NCBI GenBank assembly: GCA_019057815.1
Contig: JAHLWR010000012.1
Span: 60,273-124,272, forward strand
Direction of reading: 5' to 3'
Length of the DNA: 64,000 nt
Source of the DNA: Candidatus Heimdallarchaeota archaeon
Lineage (GTDB): Archaea; Asgardarchaeota; Heimdallarchaeia; Heimdallarchaeales; Heimdallarchaeaceae
Made by a program: the position numbers and the translations under genes
The notes under the pieces: generated by a model
The model's input: the letters and a program-made list of their open reading frames with translations, nothing else
The model's database searches: none
Told to the model about the DNA's origin: nothing
Shown here: positions 10,104-19,776 of the stretch, piece after piece
How the letters are laid out: every line of letters begins with the position of its first letter
Numbering within the stretch: position 1 is the first letter of the stretch

Positions 10104-11228
10104 ATGACTAATACAAAATTGAGTCAAGAGTTGAATTATTTATTAGGTTTGATAAAGGATAAAGAAGTTAGATTCAAAGTTACTATCTCTATTATTCTAG
10201 GCCTTGCAGGATTTGGTTTAAACTTCTTTCCTATTAATTTTTACTTTGAATTTCATAAAGCTAGTTATTTATTTGGTTTAGTTTTTCCAATGGTTGTAGC
10301 TCTTGCATGGGGTTGGAAATATGGTTTATTGTCAGCAACGCTTGGAATGGGTTGTCAAACAATGTGGTTTCTCTGGTTGGGATCCAGTGGTTATGGACCT
10401 TTTGTCTCAGTTCCCCTTTTTACTTTATGGGTAGTTTGGCATGGGTGGTACTCTGATCAACGTAGAAAGAAAGAAGTTTTAAATAAAGAAATAAGATGGT
10501 TCAATCCTTATCTTGTAGAAATACCTTTTCGAGCATTTAACACTATTATTCTTTATACTGTCTTTCGATTGATATTTCTTCTAAATCCCGCTCCATGGGC
10601 ACCAGATTTACCTAGTCAGATTGTTCCTCTTTCTTTCGTAAATTTTGTTGTTTTGAAGGAAATAATCAATGGTTTCATAACAGTACTAATTGCGGATGTC
10701 ATTCTAAATTTAGAAATTATCAGAAAAATGCTAAAGTTAGAAAGAAAGGAACTTCAGAAAAATACAAATTACATTATCAGTTTTTCAATCTTGTTGGGAA
10801 TTTTATTATATATATCTGAAACATTTATAGTTTATTCACTTGAATATAAAGATCAGATTTCGTTATTAGATTTCTTAGTTTTAGATGTACCGACTGCTCA
10901 TTTGCTTGTTCGACTTATAACTTTACTTACTTGTATGGGTGGAGGATTGCTGATTTCAATTTTCATACGTAAACAACGAGAAAGTGAAGAAGCAGAAAGA
11001 AAAGCTTTATCTCAAATCGATAAGAATATTGACCAGTTTTCGATTTTAGTGGATCAAATTAGAAACCCATTACAAATCATACTTAGTTCTTTAGAATTAG
11101 AAACTGAAAATTTGAAAGATACAATCATTACACAATTAAAAACGATAGAAGAAATAATTATACAACTGGATGAAAGAACGCTTGAGTCAAAAAAACTAAA
11201 AGATTTTCTACGAAAAGAAATGGGATAA
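10104..11228 (+). CDS. Multi-TM membrane sensor-like protein with a degenerate HisKA-like tail
   Basis: About 8 hydrophobic helices, then a coiled coil and LVDQIRNPLQII; no HATPase domain. Confidence 0.6.
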   Translation: MTNTKLSQELNYLLGLIKDKEVRFKVTISIILGLAGFGLNFFPINFYFEFHKASYLFGLVFPMVVALAWGWKYGLLSATLGMGCQTMWFLWLGSSGYGPFVSVPLFTLWVVWHGWYSDQRRKKEVLNKEIRWFNPYLVEIPFRAFNTIILYTVFRLIFLLNPAPWAPDLPSQIVPLSFVNFVVLKEIINGFITVLIADVILNLEIIRKMLKLERKELQKNTNYIISFSILLGILLYISETFIVYSLEYKDQISLLDFLVLDVPTAHLLVRLITLLTCMGGGLLISIFIRKQRESEEAERKALSQIDKNIDQFSILVDQIRNPLQIILSSLELETENLKDTIITQLKTIEEIIIQLDERTLESKKLKDFLRKEMG

Positions 11229-11331
11229 AAAAATCATAAGGCATTAATATCAAATAGACAAGTTTTATAGTTCTGCTCATGTTTTTTTACAGATTTACAT
11301 ACTCTTTTTAAATAAACTAATATAATTCTGT

Positions 11332-11817
11332 TTGAGTTTTATGCAAGAGATTAGAAGAAAAGAAAAAGCTATCATAGAAACATTAGAAATGAAAGAAATT
11401 CTCTCAAATGCAAAATATATCACCATTGCTATGTGTAGCAATAACGAGCCCTATTTAGCAACTTTAAGTCATGGTTATGATCCTGATAGTAACGTGATTT
11501 ATTTTCATTGTGCAAATGAAGGAAAAAAAATAGACTTTATGAAGAAAAACAAGGTCGTTTGGGGGCAAGCACTAATTGATAAAGGCTATGTTCCTGGAAA
11601 ATGTGACCATCTATACGCAACTACTCAATTTCGTGGGAAGGTTTCCTTTATCAACGATTTTGAAGAGAAAAAGAATGTTCTAATTAATATGATAAGGAAA
11701 CTTGAAGACAATCCTAAAGAAGTAATCAACGAACAAATAACAGAAAAAGCTGTTAAGCGCGTCTGTGTAGGAAAAATAATAATAGATTATATGAGTGGAA
11801 AAGAGTCTAAAGTTTGA
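11332..11817 (+). CDS. Pyridoxamine 5'-phosphate oxidase-like flavin-binding protein (NimA-like)
   Basis: IRRKEK, EPY, IYFHCANEGKKIDFMKKN, MSGK. Confidence 0.85.
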   Translation: MSFMQEIRRKEKAIIETLEMKEILSNAKYITIAMCSNNEPYLATLSHGYDPDSNVIYFHCANEGKKIDFMKKNKVVWGQALIDKGYVPGKCDHLYATTQFRGKVSFINDFEEKKNVLINMIRKLEDNPKEVINEQITEKAVKRVCVGKIIIDYMSGKESKV

Positions 11818-11879
11818 GAAAATCTCTGTTTTTAATTCTATTTTTATAAAAAAGAAGAAGTAAAAAGGGATTATAAGGT

Positions 11880-13748
11880 TTAAATTTTCCTTTTTACAGT
11901 TGTTGCTAATGCTGCTAGACTTAATATACTGAGTGTGGCTATTAAGACGTTTGGAGCGTCAATACCAAGCGTTTTATCATCTGTTTTAGTTTCCGTACTT
12001 TCTCCATCTTCAGAGACGTTTAATTCTAGAATCAGCTTAGATGTGTGACCTGAATAATCATCAAGTTTGATTTCGAGTATGTATTTTCCTATAGCATTAA
12101 TGTGGTTATCTACAATAAAATCCCAAATCATTCCATCATAGTAACTTCCACTAGCTATTTCAATAGTATCAAGTAACACTTGGAAATTTCTTGGATCATC
12201 GTCTTTGAATTTGTAAGTAAGTATCTTTCCTGATTCAAATTCATAATCCATTATTCCATCCGGACCGTCAATTATTGGCTGCCCTGGTATAGGACCATCA
12301 CCAACGTCTACTATTACAGTTTTATTGAGATAGATACCGGATGTGTCCCAGAATTCAAACTGATATTCGAATGTCCCTGGATATTCAGGAGGGTGATGTA
12401 ACCAGAATGAACTATTACCATAACCTTCAAACCAATCCCAATGATCATATTGATTGCTGTAACCATCAAACCAAACACGGTAGATTTGTACTGCCCACTG
12501 TGTATCTGAAAAGACCATGTATTCTTGATCTAAATGCTTCCATTCTTCAACTTTAAGATAATCAGGTCCTTCATACCATGTAGGCCAATCAGGGATAACT
12601 AACCTATTATCGATAATATCAACACACCACGTTGAGTTATGATTTGGTTCAGCATCTTCGTAAACAACTAGTTCTATATGATATCGGAAGTAAGTCATAT
12701 AATACTCAAATTCAGATATTGGAATGTCAATCATATAGTGACCATTAGAATAATAAAACACTCCTAGAAACTCCTGGTTTAGGTAATATTCCACTGTGAT
12801 ATCGTTTGACCAGTCATAAGTGTCAAACTCGAGTGTTATTAAACTTGTAGTATCATCTATTGTGAAGTAGTTATTCCATAGTAGAAGTTGAGGAATATCA
12901 GCATCAATTACAGGATAGTAGACATTTGTGCACTCGTAAAGATTCCATTCTCTTTCTTCGCACCAGAATCGTGATTCTTCACGCTCAATATATTGTGCAA
13001 GCTCCGTACTATATTCATAGAAGTTACCAGTTTCTGTCCTATCTTCTTTTTCGAGATATTTGATCATCATCCCCGTGTTAGGATCGATATAGTATTCGTA
13101 ATACTTTTCTTCAACAGAAGTCATAGTATATTCGATATCAAAACACCAGTTAGTCCATGTATTTGTCCAAGTAGTATAGTAAGAATAATGATCCACATAG
13201 AGTTCTTGTTCAATTCCATTGAGTGTGAAATTTTCCCAGTGAGAACTACTGTAGCTAACCATATTGAAATTGTTAGGTGCATCAAAATTCAAAGTACCGT
13301 TGAATACATCGAGATATTCTTCTTCATACCAACTCCAATTAATATTCATGTATTGCATATCTTCATATTTTCCGTCTTCAACCCATGTGTCAGCCATATA
13401 ATCATAGGAGTACCATTCATCACTCCAATATCTGTAATCCTCATAATAGGTAGCTGTATGTTCTGCAAAAACATAATACTCATCACCACTCTGAATATTA
13501 TAACTACACATTACAATATCATGCGCACTACTTGATCGAACGTTCTTGTGATCGTGTACTTTTTCAGTTGGAGTATTAGGTAATTCGCTGAAATTTTCTG
13601 CTTCATACCAATTGAAATCTATTTTATACAATATCATATCGTTAGTACCTATGATTTCATAAGCATCTACTGTTGTTTGTAACAGTAAACTGCTTCCCAG
13701 AACTGTTGTTAATAATAATATAATAACTACAAACGAATTTTTTTTCAA
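11880..13748 (-). CDS. Large acidic Tyr/Trp-rich surface protein with C-terminal TM anchor
   Basis: Signal peptide; beta-rich acidic body; Thr/Glu linker, DAPN, TM helix, KRKI. Confidence 0.75.
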   Translation of the reverse strand: MKKNSFVVIILLLTTVLGSSLLLQTTVDAYEIIGTNDMILYKIDFNWYEAENFSELPNTPTEKVHDHKNVRSSSAHDIVMCSYNIQSGDEYYVFAEHTATYYEDYRYWSDEWYSYDYMADTWVEDGKYEDMQYMNINWSWYEEEYLDVFNGTLNFDAPNNFNMVSYSSSHWENFTLNGIEQELYVDHYSYYTTWTNTWTNWCFDIEYTMTSVEEKYYEYYIDPNTGMMIKYLEKEDRTETGNFYEYSTELAQYIEREESRFWCEEREWNLYECTNVYYPVIDADIPQLLLWNNYFTIDDTTSLITLEFDTYDWSNDITVEYYLNQEFLGVFYYSNGHYMIDIPISEFEYYMTYFRYHIELVVYEDAEPNHNSTWCVDIIDNRLVIPDWPTWYEGPDYLKVEEWKHLDQEYMVFSDTQWAVQIYRVWFDGYSNQYDHWDWFEGYGNSSFWLHHPPEYPGTFEYQFEFWDTSGIYLNKTVIVDVGDGPIPGQPIIDGPDGIMDYEFESGKILTYKFKDDDPRNFQVLLDTIEIASGSYYDGMIWDFIVDNHINAIGKYILEIKLDDYSGHTSKLILELNVSEDGESTETKTDDKTLGIDAPNVLIATLSILSLAALATTVKRKI

Positions 13749-13933
13749 TAAGAACCACCAAATAGAACTAGTGTCTTCTATGTATTTAAGAATTGTTGAA
13801 GAGGTATCAATCAGATTAAAGTGTCTTTTAAGCTAGTATATTCGAGATTCTACAGATACTTATTTTATTTCATATGTGTAATTTTTTAGAGAGGTTAAGT
13901 TTTTAATAAAGCTGACAACATCTTATATTTACA

Positions 13934-14797
13934 ATGAAAGTTAAGTTAGTAACTGATTCGACAAGTTGTCTTACAAAGGAATTCTTAGAAAAAGAAAATA
14001 TCTCCTATCTAGAATCTGTTCTTATGATAGATGAAGTAGGTCATAAAGAACTTACTGAAATAGACAGAAATAATTTCTTACCTTCTCTGAAACATTTGGA
14101 TCCCTATCCAACAACAAGTCTTGCTAGCCCTCAGGATGCATTAGATATCTTTGAACAAGCAAAGGAAGAAGGATATGAAGATATTTTGTATATTGGGATA
14201 TCGCCCAATATATCCAATCAATTCAATTCTGCTAAAATAGCAGCTAAGAAAATGAAGGATAAAGCAAATATTCACTTGTATCAATCAGGTTTAATGGGTT
14301 CATCTCAGGGAATGATGGTTTATTCAGCTTGGAAATTACAGCAAAAAGGAAAATCTATTGAAGAGATTGTAAAATATCTAGATTCAATAAAAGAAAATGT
14401 TTACACAATTGGTATTTCTCCTGGTTTTGATAGTTTATTCAAAACAGGAAAGATAAAAAAAGGCGTAGGCATAACAGTTATTGCATCTGTATTACAGTTA
14501 AAACCCATCTTTGAGATAAACTTAGATCAAGGAGTCGTTGGAATTGGTGGAGGTGTTGGAAATAGGGGCGCTCTTAAGAAACTGATAAAGAACATAGAGG
14601 AAAAGACAGACGCTAATATTACTTATGATCTTTTACTTTCTAATGCTTTTGCTCCTGACATGCAAAAGAAAGCAAAGAAAGAAATTCAAAGAGTGCGTGA
14701 TATCAAAAACATCATCTATGGTGAAATTCCTCCTGTGATTGCATGGGCAATTGGGAATAATAGTATAAAAGTGGCTTTAGCCCCTACTATAGATTAA
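13934..14797 (+). CDS. DegV family fatty-acid-binding protein
   Basis: KLVTDSTS, PTTSLASP, GISPNIS, LQLKPI. Confidence 0.88.
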   Translation: MKVKLVTDSTSCLTKEFLEKENISYLESVLMIDEVGHKELTEIDRNNFLPSLKHLDPYPTTSLASPQDALDIFEQAKEEGYEDILYIGISPNISNQFNSAKIAAKKMKDKANIHLYQSGLMGSSQGMMVYSAWKLQQKGKSIEEIVKYLDSIKENVYTIGISPGFDSLFKTGKIKKGVGITVIASVLQLKPIFEINLDQGVVGIGGGVGNRGALKKLIKNIEEKTDANITYDLLLSNAFAPDMQKKAKKEIQRVRDIKNIIYGEIPPVIAWAIGNNSIKVALAPTID

Positions 14798-14872
14798 GAT
14801 AGAATACTTACAGAATAATATTATTCCTTCTAACTTTTTTTAAATATCTAACTTCTTTTCTTTTTATATTAA

Positions 14873-17359
14873 CTAAGTCACTCCTGTCTGTCTTAATTCA
14901 TCAGCTAAATTCATTTTCTTGATTTTTCTCATTATCATATACGTTGCTAACCAGAGTGAGAAGAACGATACTAAAAGAACAATAGGCCATGCATATCCAG
15001 GAATTGTTGTAGGCATGTAGAAGGTATCGCCTATAATATAATCCATTGACCAAACATATGTCAAGTATCCAAATGGTATGGTTAAAATTAGACTTATTGT
15101 GCTTAGAATCGCATTTTCCCAGAATATCATGTTTCGCAAATACTTCGTTTTAGTACCCATTGCTTTAAATGACAGAAAATCCTGATGTCTATCTACAAAA
15201 GCCATGTACATCGATTGAAAACTAAACATTACGCCAATTAGAATACCTATTCCCAAGAATAGAACCATAATTCCTAACAATGCTTGAATCATACTGAATA
15301 CAGACTCTCTAACTATTTCTAATTCTGTCCACATCGCTACATTAAATCTATCTTCAAATTCTGCTCGAATTGCCTGTAAATCTGCTTCATCATTTACTGT
15401 AAAAATTGCTCCATTAACCCAATTATCTGGAATTCCAAAGAGATTATTTACATTACTCTCTTGAAATGATTCATAAGTCCATAATACCGCATAATCCATC
15501 AACTCTCCTACTAATCCTGTTACAGATACGGAATAATTACCAAGAATTCCAATTTCAATCTCATCACCTATTTTTATGTCATACTTCCCCGCAATGGTGT
15601 TACCAAGTAATACTGATTCCTTATCTAAATCAGAATTTTGTTCGAATTCTCCTTTGATTACATTGAAATTTCTTAGAGTAGAGTTTTGTTGATAACATGC
15701 TAATTCTGTCCAACTCAGTAATTCATTATTATGAATGATTTTTGTATATATACTAACAAATACTTCATAGTGACTAACATCTTTTAAAACTTCAGGATTA
15801 CTTTCTTCCATAAAATTTTTGATATTAGTAATTGAAACAGGGGTTTCAAAGACTACTTTTATATCATATGTATTATATACAGTAAAATTATTCCCCATCA
15901 CAGCAAAGACGTTATTAACCATAGCTAATGAGTTGACAAGGAAAATCATTGAAGTAATCAAAGCAACGATGGTTATCAAACTCTTTCTCTTCTTAAGAAA
16001 TACTTCTCTTAATGGAACAACCATATGAATGGATTTGAATAAAGGAATCCATCCAAGCATTCTTTCAGCTACTGATTTGCCTGTTGTTTTAATCCTAGTA
16101 AACACTACACTCATAGCTTCCTTTGGTGTTGCAGACGAAATTGATAGAGCACTAAAAATGGAACCAAGAAAACATATTGTTATAGTTATAACTCCTCCAT
16201 AAACAAATTCTAAGACAGGAATTGTCAGAGCTATCTGGTGAAATCCATACATACTTGTCGTTAATTTAGCCATACCGATTGCTAATCCATAAGCTAAAGG
16301 AATACCTATTATTATACCGAATGAGCTTAAGATAAGAGTTATACTTGAATAATGTAAAAGAATTTTACCTTTTTTAGATCCCAGTGAAAGAAATAAACCA
16401 ATATTCTGTCGTTGAGCATTAATCATCTTGCTTAAAGTATTGAAAATGATAACAACAGAGATAATCAGACCGATAATACCAAAAATTGTTCCCATTTTGT
16501 CAACAGCACCTACATCACTTTCAAACATCTTATACTCTGCTGTCTCATCAAAAGGCACAAACTTCAAGGCATTTGGAGAGATGCCATTCGAGGTTAAGTA
16601 GGAAGAAATCCCATCTGCTGCAATTAGAATCATATCCCTATTAAACCGTTCATCAACTGTAAATAACAATTGATTGACCAAATTTTGTCCTTCAAACAGA
16701 AAATTCTGTGCTGTTTGAAGATTAATCCAGATAATTGCCATATTACCAAAAAGGGGTAAATTCGTTACTTCATCAACTATATATGAGTAGTAAGAATCCT
16801 GTGCAATTCCCTTAATTGTGAAATTGGTTGTTTCTGCTGGAAATGTTATTGAAATCTCATCGTTCAAGCTCACATTTTGTCCAAGAAATTTAATTGCCCT
16901 ACCAGCAAAATGAGTTTCAACTAAACAACTTGTATTTGAATCTAAAATGGTTGATTCATCACCAATTTCTGATGATTTTTCTTCGATAACTAGTTGATTT
17001 AGCTGATTTGGAAAATTAACACCGATAACTACTGCAGGGAACTTTTCTCCTTTAAACTGTATCTCAGTCATGAAGTGAATTCTGCTTTCAATACGATCTA
17101 TGGAAAATTCATCAAGAAAACTCGAATTAGTTTTAATTGTAGAAACATTAGTGTTTTCTAATGGTTCAGAAAAAGAAAATATTCCATCAGCAACATTATA
17201 ATATTCTTGATTGAGCTCATAAGTATTAAATAAGACAGGCTGACCTGCTCTCAAACCTGATAACAGAGTAATAGAAATTGCTATAACTAAAACTATTGAA
17301 ATTGAACGAAGCTTGTTCCTCCAAATTTCCCGAAAGAGCTTCTTAGTCATAATTTTCAT
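14873..17359 (-). CDS. ABC transporter permease, FtsX/MacB-like (two repeats)
   Basis: KKLFREIWRNK, QRQNIGLFLSLG, FKAMG; two TM blocks with large extracellular domains. Confidence 0.88.
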   Translation of the reverse strand: MKIMTKKLFREIWRNKLRSISIVLVIAISITLLSGLRAGQPVLFNTYELNQEYYNVADGIFSFSEPLENTNVSTIKTNSSFLDEFSIDRIESRIHFMTEIQFKGEKFPAVVIGVNFPNQLNQLVIEEKSSEIGDESTILDSNTSCLVETHFAGRAIKFLGQNVSLNDEISITFPAETTNFTIKGIAQDSYYSYIVDEVTNLPLFGNMAIIWINLQTAQNFLFEGQNLVNQLLFTVDERFNRDMILIAADGISSYLTSNGISPNALKFVPFDETAEYKMFESDVGAVDKMGTIFGIIGLIISVVIIFNTLSKMINAQRQNIGLFLSLGSKKGKILLHYSSITLILSSFGIIIGIPLAYGLAIGMAKLTTSMYGFHQIALTIPVLEFVYGGVITITICFLGSIFSALSISSATPKEAMSVVFTRIKTTGKSVAERMLGWIPLFKSIHMVVPLREVFLKKRKSLITIVALITSMIFLVNSLAMVNNVFAVMGNNFTVYNTYDIKVVFETPVSITNIKNFMEESNPEVLKDVSHYEVFVSIYTKIIHNNELLSWTELACYQQNSTLRNFNVIKGEFEQNSDLDKESVLLGNTIAGKYDIKIGDEIEIGILGNYSVSVTGLVGELMDYAVLWTYESFQESNVNNLFGIPDNWVNGAIFTVNDEADLQAIRAEFEDRFNVAMWTELEIVRESVFSMIQALLGIMVLFLGIGILIGVMFSFQSMYMAFVDRHQDFLSFKAMGTKTKYLRNMIFWENAILSTISLILTIPFGYLTYVWSMDYIIGDTFYMPTTIPGYAWPIVLLVSFFSLWLATYMIMRKIKKMNLADELRQTGVT

Positions 17360-17362
17360 AGG

Positions 17363-18094
17363 TTACTCATCTCTTATTTTCTTAGTTTGAGTAGGATATG
17401 GATGGTTGTCGATTTTTTCTATTTTACCCATTTTAAGATGATACACTCGTTCAGCATATTGAGTTATACTCAAATCGTGAGATACAACTATTAGAGTGGT
17501 TCCCTCTTCTAAGTTAAGATTTCTTAATAATTCAGCTATTTTTTGCCCAGTAACATAATCTAGATTGCCTGTTGGTTCATCTGCTACGATTACTAAGGGT
17601 TTCTTAACCACTGCTCTAGCTATTGCAACTCTTTGCTGTTCTCCTCCTGAGAGCTGACTGGGAAATCTGTATTCCTTGTCTTCTAAACCTACTTTTTTTA
17701 GCATTTCAAACGACCTTCGTTTGATCTCTTCGTTATCTTTAATACCTTGAAATTCTAAAGCTAAACCAACATTTTCCCAAGCTCTAAGACTAGCTACAAT
17801 ATTGAAAAATTGAAAAACCCATCCTACGCTTGTTCTTCTATAAGTGTTCATTTCATCACTATCATATTTAGAAATTGTCTTTCCTGCAACTTCCACTTCA
17901 CCTTTTGTTGGATAATCTATACCACCAATCATATTAAGCAAAGTGGTTTTACCTGCACCTGAAGGACCAAGAACACAAGCAAATTCGCCTTTTTTTATTT
18001 CTATATCTACACCATTTAAGGCAAAGACCTCTGTCTCGCCGAATTCAAAAGAGCGTACAAGGTTTGTAGTTTTAACCATTATATCATTGACCAT
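17363..18094 (-). CDS. ABC transporter ATP-binding protein (LolD/MacB-like)
   Basis: [30 protein letters not shown]; start probably MVNDIM at 18094 rather than 18274. Confidence 0.92.
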   Translation of the reverse strand: MVNDIMVKTTNLVRSFEFGETEVFALNGVDIEIKKGEFACVLGPSGAGKTTLLNMIGGIDYPTKGEVEVAGKTISKYDSDEMNTYRRTSVGWVFQFFNIVASLRAWENVGLALEFQGIKDNEEIKRRSFEMLKKVGLEDKEYRFPSQLSGGEQQRVAIARAVVKKPLVIVADEPTGNLDYVTGQKIAELLRNLNLEEGTTLIVVSHDLSITQYAERVYHLKMGKIEKIDNHPYPTQTKKIRDE

Positions 18095-18407
18095 TAAATC
18101 ACTACTAAGTAGATTGTATGAATAGCTATAAATAAATCCTATTGCAGTCAACAGATAGTTATAGAAAGGTTTCTTTTTGTCGAAAGAAAAATGCGACTTA
18201 ATTTGTTTTTCAGCGCAGGTTGTAAATAGAACCTGATAATCTTCTCTTTTTAATGATATTTCTAAGTCAAACATGAGGGCTTTTGATTTTATTTGAACGT
18301 TCTACATTTTTTGAATACTTTTATAAACATAGCCGATGATAATATTCCAACAAGCTACTGATTTATTACAGAAATTAGAGAAGTTTCAAAGAATGAAGTG
18401 TGGTACA

Positions 18408-19016
18408 ATGAGTGAAAAGAGTATTACTATAAAGATGCTTGATTTGGTTAGCGATCCCATCAAGATAGAAATTTGGGATGAAATCCAGCGTGGAGTCAAT
18501 TTAACAGCAAAAGAATTAAGTAAAAAACTTAATCTAAAAAAGACAAATATTTACTATCATCTCAACCAATTAGAAGAGAGCAGATTAATTGTTTCTGAGA
18601 ACCATATCCTTCCAGGAAAGAATCTTTTACAAAAAACGTATAAAATCAATGAAGAAATTTACAGCCCGAAAGAATTTAAGGTTAGAAGGGAGTTATATGA
18701 AACCCAAGAGAGAATGAGAGAAGCTTTTCTCTTTCAGTATTACATAGTTGTGATGCATCTCAATAGGAAAATTTTACAAGTATCTGAAATGACCAATGAA
18801 GAAGTTAAGGAATTAATAAAACAGGATAAACATAGTTATGCTAAAGTTCATTATATTAGAGATAATGATGTAGCTCTTGTTAGAGAGACATTTGATGTGT
18901 TGGTTTCCGCAATTACTGAAAAGCATAGGGAAGATACATCTCCAACCGGAATCTGGGAAGAAATAACACATGCGATGATACTAGGATTATTACCAATGGA
19001 GGAGGGCGTGAAATGA
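18408..19016 (+). CDS. ArsR-like winged-helix transcriptional regulator
   Basis: DPIKIEIW...TAKELSKKL...IYYHLNQLEE; divergent from the ABC operon; start at MSEK (track start 18336). Confidence 0.8.
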   Translation: MSEKSITIKMLDLVSDPIKIEIWDEIQRGVNLTAKELSKKLNLKKTNIYYHLNQLEESRLIVSENHILPGKNLLQKTYKINEEIYSPKEFKVRRELYETQERMREAFLFQYYIVVMHLNRKILQVSEMTNEEVKELIKQDKHSYAKVHYIRDNDVALVRETFDVLVSAITEKHREDTSPTGIWEEITHAMILGLLPMEEGVK

Positions 19017-19735
19017 TAGAAGATACTGTTCTAACCAAAACTAAAAGATTTTTTAGAAAAAACGATTTAGTCTTTCGTGCTACTTTTATAGTTATTCTTA
19101 TCGTTGCAGCAGTTTATAGTTTTTTTCAAAGGGATAGTTTACTTCGAATTATTACCATCTTAGCCATTTGTACAATGGTTGCTTCTTTTCTCTCTCACTA
19201 TGTTATCAACTACCTCTATGGTGAAGGTTACAAACTTGCTAATGTTCTAAATGAGATCCTTTATCTGTTTCTTGGTATCCCAATCATGCTTATTGCTATA
19301 GGTTATCTTCCGATTAGTATCTACATTCTCTTTTCTGCTATTGAGGAAGCTAGTAGGATTGTTCCTATTTTAATAGCTATCATGGTCACTTTACAGATTT
19401 TTTCCTTTATCTACATTCTAAGACACAGAGGGAAGGAAGAAGGAAGAACTATTATTCAGCTGATCAAATATCTATTTGATTTTAAGACCAGAGCAGAAGA
19501 ACAACGAACGCACAAAGAACAATCAGAGAAGATTGATGAATTTTATTCAGGAGTTAGTAAAGTGAAAAAGAGGGTTAAGACGATGATGGTGGAAAGTCTT
19601 GTTGATTTTGGGGAATATGATTGGAAGAGTAACCGAGGGATAAAACTAGAAAAACGTGTTTGCTGGAACTGTAAAACAGTTAATGAGGGAGATTCAATAA
19701 TCTGTGAAAAGTGTGGATGTAAACTTGAAACTTGA
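19013..19735 (+). CDS. Membrane protein with C-terminal zinc ribbon
   Basis: Four TM helices; CWNC...CEKCG; overlaps the regulator stop codon by 4 bp. Confidence 0.7.
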   Translation: MIEDTVLTKTKRFFRKNDLVFRATFIVILIVAAVYSFFQRDSLLRIITILAICTMVASFLSHYVINYLYGEGYKLANVLNEILYLFLGIPIMLIAIGYLPISIYILFSAIEEASRIVPILIAIMVTLQIFSFIYILRHRGKEEGRTIIQLIKYLFDFKTRAEEQRTHKEQSEKIDEFYSGVSKVKKRVKTMMVESLVDFGEYDWKSNRGIKLEKRVCWNCKTVNEGDSIICEKCGCKLET

Positions 19736-19776
19736 TAAAACAAGTGATAAGGTGAAGAATAGGGAATGAGTTCACT

